Source: Selaginella moellendorffii (Eukaryota; Plantae; Lycopodiophyta). Taken from it: a stretch of 64,000 nucleotides of DNA. Shown here piece after piece: positions 13,200-24,044 of the stretch; position 1 is the stretch's first letter; every line of letters starts with the position of its first letter. A program made the position numbers and the translations under genes. The notes under the pieces are model-generated. The model had not been told where the DNA came from and ran no database searches. It saw only the letters and a program-made list of their open reading frames with translations. Where the stretch lies: the NCBI RefSeq assembly GCF_000143415.4, contig NW_003314298.1, forward strand, positions 62,001 to 126,000, given 5' to 3'.

Positions 13200-13362
13200 T
13201 TCTCCGGCCCAAGCCCACTCACGCTCTCACTCTCTGTGAGTTAAGTTACCCGTCCACCTCCATCCAATGCTTGCTGTCGCCATAGCCGACCCCTCCGTGC
13301 CCGTCAACTGACGGGCGTGCCCATCACCGTACGAGGTAAAAAAACATTCTTTAATCAGTAAG

Positions 13363-16300
13363 TTAAAACGCCTTTACAAGTTCGTTCTTCATGGCCAGGC
13401 CCAGGGGACGCAGCTCGGCTCCATCCTCCAAGCTGGATCCCGGGAGGAGAAGCGAGCGGGCGCCCACGAATGCGTACTCCCCAACGCCGTTGCTGCCAAA
13501 ATGCACGTCGCCGCCGCCCTCGTACACGTGACCAAAGAGTAGCGCGTCTCGCCCAATGCTGCTGCCGGTCTTGACGCTCAGGCGGTCCGGATTGAGAGCA
13601 TACAGTGTGTCCATGTACACACCCGCGGTGTCGATGCTCGCTCCCAGCTGCCGGAGGTAGCCTGTAGAGAGTGCCGAGCCTCTGGTGAGGTCGAGGAAGT
13701 AGCCGCACGCAACCGAGTTGACGCACTGCCACACCGTGTCCTGGAGGCTCCTCAATCCCCACAGCTCGCTCCTGCTCTTCTCCTGCACGCCCTTCCTTCC
13801 TCCAACCAGGATCCTCCTCGCTGAGATGCTGCCCAGGGACAAGACGAGAGCCGACACCATGTACGAGAGCAGGACGAGTGCCAGGAACAGCCAGTCGCTG
13901 CGGGGTGCTCGAGACGCGATCAACGCCGCCGGGAGGAGAGCTGCAAGCTGAGAGAGCCCGAGGAGAGTAGCGGGGGCCAACAGCTGCAAGAGTGGCTGCA
14001 TGCTTCGAATCAAACCGAACTTGAGCCTCGTTTTGGCAGTCGCCGTCGCCGTCTTGCAGTTGGTTTCCGGCAGCACTGCCACGTTGGGCGGAAGGCATCC
14101 GGATAGAGCAGGGCAACCGATGTTGCCGTCGTTGGAAATGTCATTGGCGAGAGGCACGTCTGAGTCTCTCAGGAGGGCTTTCCATGCACCGGGCAGCTCT
14201 GCTCCGTTCCTCACGTACTGAGCAATGTCGTAGGCCACCGACCTCCCGTGGTCTATGGACGCCGACTCCCGCAAGCTGGTTGCCGGGATCATGTCCAGGC
14301 TCGGCACACCGTTCCTGGGGTTGAACCTCATCGCCTCTGTCAGTGCGGGGTCGACAAGCTCGTCAAGGTGTATGGCGGCAACGTCCACGTAAGGGAAAGC
14401 TTGCTCGTCCCACGCGCGGGTGCAGTCGATAGCGAGGTCCCTCTCGGCGAGGCTGTCGGGAACTGGGCGTAGCTGGAGCTGGAGCACGTAGTCCACGCCT
14501 TGCGGGGACGCAAGCCTCCGTGCAAAGTCGTCTCGCAGATAGCTGGGTGAACGCTCGTCTTTGTCTCGTCGAGGCAGCGCGCCGGTGTCCGGCGGGAGCA
14601 CACCCTCCCGTGCAATCCGTCCTTCGTCAACCCCATATTGCGGATCCAGTGGCCTCATTCGGAACCTCACGTACCATTCTCGCTTGGGTGACGAAGCCGA
14701 CTTGAAAAGCCTGGAAACGTTGGAGTAGTAGTGCAGCTCGGCATATGAGTTGCCCAGACGTAGAGAGTCCCACACTGCATCGCCTCTGTGCGGGGAGTCT
14801 TTCACAATCTCCTCCCTGCGCTTGCTGCTCGTCGTCAACCACGTAACAAAGTCGGCAATATTTCTGGCGTAGAAAGCCTGGCCCGTCTTGAGCGTGAGAT
14901 CCACAAGTGACTCGTGAAGCGAACTGTGGTCGTGCCTCAGGATTCGCAGCGAAGCACCGCGGGCATCTGGCCTGGCATCGTCGTCCGAGCTCAAGCTGTT
15001 GCTGTGCCTCACAACAACCGAATACGACTTCCCCTTGGAGAAGACATCGTGGCGGGGAAAGCTGCTGTCCAGGTCTTCCAGCACAGTGAGGCGTCCCTTG
15101 CCACATATCCCAGCCCTGTGGAAGTACCTCGACTTGACGGAATGGCTCGTTTTGCCTATGTGAGCCGAGAGGTTGGCCACCGTCTTTCTGTATTCCGCGT
15201 CCATGGCCACAATCCTGCTGTCTTGCTCGTGAGCTACCGAGGCATGGTTGTATACCATTGTTGGATTCTCTACGCCCAGGTACACACCACCCTGCTTCAG
15301 TGTAAAGCCGCTCGTTGCTACAGACAAGGCTCCCAGCCACGAGCTTTCCTCCATGCAGGAGCCAGGCATAAGCACGCTCTGTGCTCCAACCACGCAGCCT
15401 GTCCCGACGTCAAGCCTCGCGTAACAACCGTTGTCACTGGTGATGACTTTTGCAAAGTCGCCCAAGTGAGATCCACTTCCCAGGTCCAGTAAATCTGGGT
15501 CCAGTATCGCGTTTATAGCTCGGACTGAAGCTCGGTCTCCAACCTTGGCACCTAGCACCCGCAGGTAGAAACACAAGGCTTCGGTGCCCGTGAGCAGGAA
15601 TGTAAATCTCGCATGTGTCGTTGCAAGGAGCCTGCGAACCAGCCAGAGACGATATCCAAAGCTCGAGTTCTTCCTCACTTCTCCCTTGCGTTCCAGCTTC
15701 CCAACCAGTATCCATTTCAGAAGCCAAGTCATCCAGCAGAGGCTGGCACCATAACCGATATAGGCACATCCCATGCACAGCACGAGCGCCAGCAGCTTCC
15801 CCTGAAGAGCAACGTATATCAAGTAGTCGACGATCGAGCTCGGGTCTTGAAACACTGAGAGCGGAATTGCAGCAGTCACGGCCCAAGGGAACGTTGACAA
15901 GAGCGATGACACTATATAGCCTGTTTGTGATTCCCTTGCTCCAGCCGGTAGGATACCGAGCTTGTCAACGAGCCACACAAAAACCACGTATCCGACCACC
16001 CCGGAGATCGCAGATACGAGGCTCACAACGTACAACCCGGCTGCTTGACACAATGTGTACAACATTGTGCTGTTCTTGTCCTGCAAAGACAAATGGTAAG
16101 AAGCCAAAAGAAATGAAAAGAAGCAATCACCTGTCGACGTGAGGGGTGAACTTTGGAAGAATCATCCTCAAGGTGACGAACTCCAAGCTGGCTGGTTCCA
16201 TCAACCTTACCCAGTGGAGACACCGACGTGGCCCTCAGGGATGCACCAAGGCCAATGAAAGAGTAGGGACCGATGGAACACCTCCGTCCTATTCTGATGG

Positions 16301-19300
16301 GCTTGAACTGGACAGCACCGGCTTTCACCTCGTGGCACTGCAGGGTTGCACCCTCTCCGATGGCAGCACCGTCACCCAGCACCACAAGCCAAGGGTCTGT
16401 AATATCTGTTGTCTCCAGCTCAACTCCGGATCCAATCTGTGCTCCCAGCAGACGGTACCACCAGTTGACAAAAACCGTTCCCCGCAACTGAGTCGCTACT
16501 ATCCTGGCCGATGCGAAATCCTGGAGCCTGTAGCATGTCCACCACCTTACGAAGTTGAGCGACCATAGCGGGACTGTGGTCCGAAGATGAAGCACCGGAA
16601 GCAGGAAGCTCGTCCCAAGACTGGCTGCCAACGCCGTGGCTGCCATGTAGAGCAACCAGCACAAGGGAGCACAGAGCACCGCAGCGACAACAGGCCGGTC
16701 TGCAACCAGGGACGTGAACTGCCTCAGGATAAACGCTGCAGGGACGAGGAGCGTCCATGCCACGTAAATGATGCCCAGGAGCTGTAGAAGAGTGATGCAC
16801 ACTTGGCGTTGGAGCGATGGAAGAATGCCGGATTCCAGCTGAGAGTCCGTCACGATCTCGCCCTCAAAATCGTCATCTGTATAAGGTCCCCCGCGGCACG
16901 ATGACAAGCTAGCTTTATCATCGATTTCAGTGCCCTGTTGCTGCTGCGTTACTACTGTCTTGCCGACGAGACCGTCCACCACGTCACACAGCTCAGATAT
17001 GCAACCAGCAGTGTAGATGTCGATGGCCGCAACGTGAACTCCCAGAAAGTTGGATAGCTTCTGTGATGCCCACACCACCGCAACGGAATCAAGGCCGTAG
17101 TTTGCAAAGCTTTGGGACGGCGACAGCTTGGACAAGTCGATGCCTGTCCGTTCGGAGATGATCTGGCAGATGAAGTTTGAGATCTCGGTCTTGCTCGGCC
17201 CCTTAGCCGAGACATCGGTTTCTGGTATCGCAGGTGGCACTACTGGCTGCGAAGACGTAGAGGACTTAGTGGTGAGCACCAGGCTCTCGACTGAGTCGGC
17301 AAGCTCTGAGATGCAGCCGGCCGTGTAGATGTCTATAGCAGCAACGTGAACTCCCAAGAAAGATGAGAGCTTGTGAGCGGCCCACACGACAGAGCTCGAA
17401 TCCAGTCCATAATCTGCGAAGCTTTTCGTGGAAAGGACTTGAGCCTGAGATAATCCCAACTTTTCAGCCAGGATCTCCGTCAGGAAGCTAGTAACCCCGG
17501 CTTTGCTACGAGCAACACTGGCAGCAGACGGTGGCGGCGTCGGTGGTATCACGCTAGGAGTCCCACTAAAAGTTCTCGACCTTCGAAGTCTTAGAATTTT
17601 CTTAGTCTTCTCAATCGTGGGACTTATGCTGTCCAGCCTGTCCTCAGTGAACTGCTTCAAACAGTCAAGCCTCCGTATCTTTCCCGATGAAGTTTTTGAG
17701 ATCGTTCGCGGCTTGACGAGCCTCACCGAAGCGACACTCAAGCCATGCTCACTCGCAACCATAGAGGAAATGTGTGCAGTGAGCTGCTCGGGATCAACCT
17801 TTGATTCGTCTCGCACTTCTGCAACCACCACCACCCCAACTTCGTCCTCGTCACAAACTTTGATCCCTTTGGAGTGGAGGGCTCGTCCAGGCGCACCAAA
17901 AGCAGCACAGCATCCAGGCCTGAGTGATCCGGAGCATGCTTCCACGGTCTTTTCAATGTCGGACGGGTAGACGTTCCGGCCCCTGATGATAATCAAGTCC
18001 TTGATCCGCCCAGTCACAAACAGCATGCCTTTGACCACCCTTCCCAGGTCGCCAGTCCTGAGAAACCTGTTAGCTTCTTCACCGCCTTCTAACCTTGCAT
18101 GAAAAGTGTCCTGACTGAGCCTCTCGTTTCCCCAGTAACCGGCACCATTGCTCGGACTTCTCACCCAAATCTCTCCCTCCACACCGTCTCCCACTTCCAC
18201 GCCAGTCTCTGGATCTACGATCCTCACATCCACGTCCGGGTTGCCCCTGTCCACATACCCGCAGCAAACCTTGCCTTGCCAGTCCACAACTAAAGGCCTG
18301 CCCCGCCCCCATGCAACGCTGACGAACACACAGTTCTCGGCCAGTCCATAACCAGGAGCAACAACCTCTTCCTTGAGCCCCGAGCTTTCCATGGTCTTGA
18401 GAAATCTCTTGAGCGTGGAGCTTCTTACCGGCTCGGCACTGACCATGAGGAACTTGAGGCACGAGAGCTGGTACGTGATGCCGGGTTGTTGGTTCATCTT
18501 GTTGACGACGAGATCAAACGCAAAGTTGGGTGCCGCGCTGTGCGTTGCCCCGTACTTGCTCATGGCCTCGAGCCACAACAAGGGCCTCCGGATGAAGTTC
18601 GTGGGCGACAAGAGAATGGCGGTGCCACCACTCACCAGCGCAGTGAAGAGGCCCCCGATGAGACCCATGTCGTGGTACTGCGGCAACCAGCTCACCAGCA
18701 CCGTCCTGGACGTGCTCTTGTACCGCCGCCGCATCAGCTTCACGTTGTGGATGAGAGCGGAGTGGGTGATGATGACGCCCTTGGGATCGCCAGTAGAGCC
18801 CGACGTGAACTGGAGGAAGCAGCATCTTTCACTCTCCTCGGCCTCCCCGCGACCCCTAAAGTAATCCTCGGCCTCTTTGTTTTGCTTGGAAACCCACAAG
18901 TCGGTGTGCATCCAGGGAAGCTTTGGCCACGACGGTCGCCCGCCGGACCTCGACAGCAAAGTGTCTCGGATTGCTGACGCGCGCACGGCGGTGTGGTAGG
19001 CGACTGTGGACAGGATGGCCTTGGCACCGCAGGCGGCTGCCACATTCTCCACTTTGGCCAGCGCATGGGAAGAAGAAGAGGAGCTCCCTCGACTCGCGAC
19101 GTCCGGAGGGATGAGGGGCACCGGCAACACCTATAGATAGCACACGAAGGTAAGCAAACAAAGCTTTCTCCTCTAGATCTCCACGACTTACATTGGCGCG
19201 CAGGCAGCCAAAGAAGGCCTCGATGAATTCCAGGCCGGGGTTGTAGAGGAGAAGCACTCGGTCCCCGTCATGGAGCGTGACCTTGTGGGTGACGAGATTG

Positions 19301-21107
19301 TGGGCGATGGTGTTGGCGTTGTTGTGGAGCTGAGCGTAAGTCCTGGAGCCTGATTCGTCACCCTTGTCGTCCAGCCAGGTGTAGAGGACCTTGTCCCTCG
19401 CCACGCTGTGCTTGGCATAGAAGTGGAGGTAAGAATCCAGGCATGGAAGGTCGGGAAATTCGCCGCCCGTGGCCTCACTCGTCACCTCCAAGTCGCCACC
19501 CTCGGCTTCATCAAGCTTGATCGCTGCGCCCGTGATCAAGTTCTGCAAAGTTTGCTTAAAGCTGAGAAACGCAGAAGAAAAAGTTCCACCTTGACTTTTG
19601 CGGGCGTTCCAAAGTTCTTGGCGATGAGGTTCATCGCGTACGCCGCATTGCGCTCCGTGAGCTCGAAAGCAAACAGGCCTCCTACATAGTAAGTATCGTT
19701 GCATCCTTGTAGCGATTCAAGCCGGTCGTATAATCCAGATCTCATATCTGTGAAACCAGAAAGAAACATGTAATGCGGGGATAGAAAATTGTAGTGTGTG
19801 TTTACCTTGCGAGCCAATGTGGGGGAAGTAGTTCCATTTTCTCTGCAAGACAATGCGTTCCACAGTGCCACCAATACGTGCCACGTCCTGGAGCAACAGC
19901 GCGGTCATCATCTCCTGGCTGACTTGAGCATTCCCATACGACCAAAAGAGATAGATGTTGGTGTCGGCATAGAATTTTTGCATGGCCACCGGGTGACCAA
20001 TCTCCTTTGCATCTTCAACATTGTCTTTGAAATAGTAAAATCCGGCCGGGAATTTATTCTCGAATCGCGAGATCTCCAGAACTGTTGTGTAGTAGTCCAT
20101 AGTCCGGACCCTGCTGAAGAGGCTGGCTTCTTCGTCTCCAAGTGTCATTAGCTCCGCGCCTGGTGGAGCAAAGGGTATCGCTCCCGAGATGACGATCTTG
20201 TCGAACTCGAGCTCCTCTGATTCCTCGCCCCCGTCCGAGCTTGAAGTGCAAACTGTGACTCCTCGGCCGGATCCTCGTCTCCGGATCTCCGTGACTCTGG
20301 TGTTCAATCGCACGCGAGGTAGCAGCCTCGCCACTCCTTGCCACAAGCCGGTGTAGCCGCCCTTGATCCTGCAAACCTTCCCAAACATTGAGGTGCGAAC
20401 GAACTCGTGCAAATACGCATAGGGGATATCCTGCTCGTGTGGGAAGCCATATCCAGAAGCCGTGTAACCAGTGGCAACAGCCTCTGGTATTCTTCCCATG
20501 CCGTGCTTGGCCGCAAATTCGGCTGCTGTCTCCGGTGCAAGGCTGCTAAGTGCGTGAACTCCAGTTTTACCAGTTGATGCTGCTTGTGCCTGATCAGAGA
20601 CAATATCTATTATCAAAACAAAGCCCCTCGATGCATGGTTAAATCACCTGAAGGTCAAGAGTGATCTGGATCATGGAGATGTAGTCTCTGGCTATCCCAA
20701 GATCTTGGTACGTGCCAGTTTTGGAGTCGACAAGGCTGAGCTTGTGAGCCGCCATGTCTTCCATGCCAACCCTGGCCACTTGCGCGAGATGCTTGATGTT
20801 GGGAGCACTCTCCCGGGCAATCACCTGACCACCCAAGTCATACGGTCGGCCTGCCAACCGTGTCAAAATTTCACCAGTGATTGATTAGTGTTGAAGCATG
20901 TATATTACCTTGGATGTCCACGCTCTCACACATTCCTCCCACGGTGTGGTGCTTCTCAATAAGTGTGACTTGCTCATATCCCAGCTTCCACAGCGCATAC
21001 GCTGCGGAGACACCGCTGGGTCCTCCCCCGACAACGCAGATCCTGCTGCTTCTTGGGAGCGACGGGTGAAGCTCCTCCAGCAGCTCATGGACTGCCGACG
21101 CTTCCAT
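13363..21107 (-). CDS. NRPS-like multidomain enzyme, ~2470 aa: FAD oxidoreductase (PAI-like) - fatty acyl-AMP ligase - ACP - ACP - TM/LbH - TM/LbH - catalase-related AOS-like heme domain - TM/LbH
   Basis: Seven exons join in frame through GT-AG introns: 21107-20909, 20850-20648, 20589-19806, 19747-19590, 19542-19192, 19130-16131, 16080-13363 (7413 nt). Motifs: VVGGGPSG, FLQFTSGSTGDPKG, WLPQYHDMGLIG, YGLAE, RTGDLG, KTSSGKIRR, YGLDS twice, RYFHRAG, RHSN, RSVAY, and hexapeptide repeats. Confidence 0.9.
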
Positions 21108-21218
21108 CTTTCTCGATGGATCAATTCGCAACTAAAGTTGTAAATCACATATATCCACACAAGAGATCTCTCTAGAGCTGTGTGGTTAAGCTATAAGCCG
21201 GCTGGCTCGCTCGAGGAA

Positions 21219-21226
21219 TTTATATA
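21219..21226 (-). promoter_or_regulatory. Putative TATA box of the multidomain enzyme gene
   Basis: TATATAAA on the minus strand, about 110 bp upstream of the ATG at 21107. Confidence 0.5.
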
Positions 21227-21763
21227 GCGCGTATGCAAGATCATAAAGGCAAACAAGGGGGAAGCGGCCAAGGGGACAACACCAAAAACAACGAGTCGTC
21301 GGCATTGGCGAGAGCATACACACTGAATATCTCTATTGCGATGCCGGGATATATGAATATACCGGCCTTGTTTGTCCTGCGCTCACTAGGAATAAGAGAT
21401 TCCAGGTGGAGGCATTTTTACCCCGTCTCTATACGCCAGAGTTGACAAAACCACATAGCCGAATTTCGAGCGACCAACATTGAGTGGACGAGAGAAAACG
21501 TATGAACTTCTAGCAGATAAAACAACCACAACGTTCACCACCCAGCCAAGATGCATCTATAGGCAAGAGATGAATGAAGATGCTCAGGTTTGCATCCAAC
21601 AGGACTAATGCAAAGGTGGAGGTTATTTTAAACGAAAAGTGGCGATCGTGGATGGAATATGCCCATTGATGAGCAAAGCAAGGGATCACGGAGCTCCTGG
21701 TAAGGTACGAAGGAATGTAGGTCTTGCGCGGCACCAGGCGCCAGATCCACACCCGCGCCCGCC

Positions 21764-24044
21764 ATGAGGAGCCGGAGCGATCCCGCCCACTGCACGCGCA
21801 CCCTCCTCTCCCTCACATTCCTCGCGGTGCTCGTCTGCTCCGTCTACTACACCCTCTTCCTCCGATCTCGCCTCCACTCCGTCCAGCAGGGCCAAGGCCA
21901 CGGGGATTTGCCCAGGAGCTCCAGCAAGGTAGCAATCACCACCGGCATTTCTACTGCCGCTGTTGATGAAGAAGAAGATGGCGTTGCCAGCCACTCGGAG
22001 GAGGTGGAGGAGGACGGCATCCACAGCCATAAGCTAGCGGATGAAGAACAGTCCGACGATGTGGTGGAGACCACGGCGGTGCAAAGTTTCCTGGTACGTA
22101 CGGCAGTGCAAAGTCTAAGGTCTCACGCTTCTTGAGCTCACATCTCCTACAATGCAGGTGTGTGACGAGAAGTTCACCGAGATAATCCCGTGCCTCGACC
22201 GGACAATGCTAGCTTACTTGAAGAACAAACCAAACTACACGCTCATGGAGCACTACGAGCGGCACTGCCCTCCTGCCGACAGGCGGATCAATTGCTTGGT
22301 GCCTCCTCCAGCCAACTACAAGGTATGCGAGGAGTTTCTCTCTGTACGAGTGAGACTGTGTTATTCGATCAGGTGCCGATAAAGTGGCCTGCAAGCCGAG
22401 ATCAAGTGTGGCGTGCGAACGTGCCTCACACATTTCTGGCATCCGAAAAGTCTGACCAGCACTGGATGGTGATCAAGGGAAACAAAGTCATCTTCCCAGG
22501 AGGAGGCACTCACTTCCACGATGGCGCTGATAAGTACATTGCTGGGCTTGGAAAGGTAGGCACACTCTTCATCTCCATTGTAGCGATGAACGTCTCGACG
22601 TCTCCCAGATGCTCAAGAATCCCGACGGAGACCTCAGCAGCAAAGGGAAGATCCGGACTGTGCTAGATGTCGGCTGTGGCGTCGCAAGCTTTGGTGCTTA
22701 CCTTCTGCCGCTCGACATCCTTGCCATGTCCATGGCCCCAAACGACGTGCACGAGAACCAGATCCAGTTTGCTCTGGAGCGAGGCATTCCATCGACTTTG
22801 GGTGTTCTCGGGACCATGAGGCTGCCTTTTCCGAGTAAAGCTTATGATCTGGCGCATTGCTCTCGGTGCCGTATCGACTGGGCTCAGCGGGATGGCATTC
22901 TGCTGTTGGAAGTGGACAGGGTGCTGAGACCGGGGGGATACTTTGCGTGGTCGTCACCAGCGGCTTACCGAGACGACGACGAGGACAGAAAGGAATGGGA
23001 CGAGATGACCAGCTTGACAAGCCGAATGTGCTGGTCCATTGCTGCCAAGGAGGGCCAAACTGTGATCTGGATGAAGCCACTGACCAACGAATGTTACAAG
23101 GAGCGGCCGAGGAACACCAGGCCTCCTCTGTGCAGTCCACAGGATGATCCTGACGCAGCATGGCAAGTGAAGATGAAAGCTTGCCTTGTGCCACTGACCG
23201 AGCGTACGTATAAACACAGCTTCCCCTTGCCAGGTTTCTCACTCGTCCGCCACCTTGCTGGCTAAACAGAGAACGATGCCATGAGAGGCAGCGGATTGTT
23301 GCCGTGGCCCGAACGTCTGGTTGCACCTCCGCCCAGGCTGGAAGAGCTACACATTAGCGACAGGGATTTTGAGGCAGACACGGTATGGTCTTTGTCCAGA
23401 TCTCGCTCGCTAGCTTGTTGACACGGTGATTGGAGTTTGCTTTGCTAGGCTGCATGGAAGGACAAGGTTGAGGTGTACTGGGAGAAGCTCGAGCTAGTGA
23501 AAGATTTCAGCGTTCGCAACGTTATGGATATGAAAGCTCACCTGGGTGGCTTTGCGGCTGCGCTCAAGGACAAGCCGGTGTGGGTGATGAACGTAGTGCC
23601 TGCCAGCGGCCCAAGCACGCTCAAAGTCGTCTATGATCGTGGACTCATCGGCTCGTATCACGACTGGTAATCAGCTCGAGCGTTGCACCGGTGCACTAAT
23701 GTGGGGTCTTTGATGCTAGGTGCGAGTCATTTTCTACGTACCCGCGTACCTACGACCTGCTGCATGCGTGGGACGTGCTCTCGGACGTAGACTCCCACGG
23801 CTGCAGCGTCGAGGATCTCCTCCTTGAGATGGACAGGCTGCTTCGTCCCATGGGATACGTTATCATCCGGGACTCGCCCGTGATGGTGGATCAGGTGAAA
23901 AAGTACCTTGGGCCCCTGCACTGGGATGCTTGGGTCCAGGAGTTCCCGGCCGAGTCGGATATGATGCAGGACAACGAGGAGGCCGTGCTGCTGGTCCGAA
24001 AGCGCCTGTGGAAACCAGGCTCGGCTTTTGGGCAAGCGAGGTAG
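21764..24044 (+). CDS. DUF248/PMT-family SAM-dependent methyltransferase (Golgi type II membrane protein), multi-exon
   Basis: N-terminal TM, IPCLD, MEHYERHCP, FPGGGTHF, VLDVGCGVASFG, HENQIQFALERG, RNVMDMKA, STYPRTYDLLHA. Confidence 0.95.

Noticed and set aside
13355-19066. Many alternative-frame and antisense ORFs over the multidomain gene
   Set aside because: Expected shadows of GC-rich coding sequence, with no motifs.
21764-24044. Methyltransferase as a tailoring enzyme of the proposed cluster
   Set aside because: The DUF248/PMT family is Golgi-localised and linked to pectin methylation; only adjacency supports a link.
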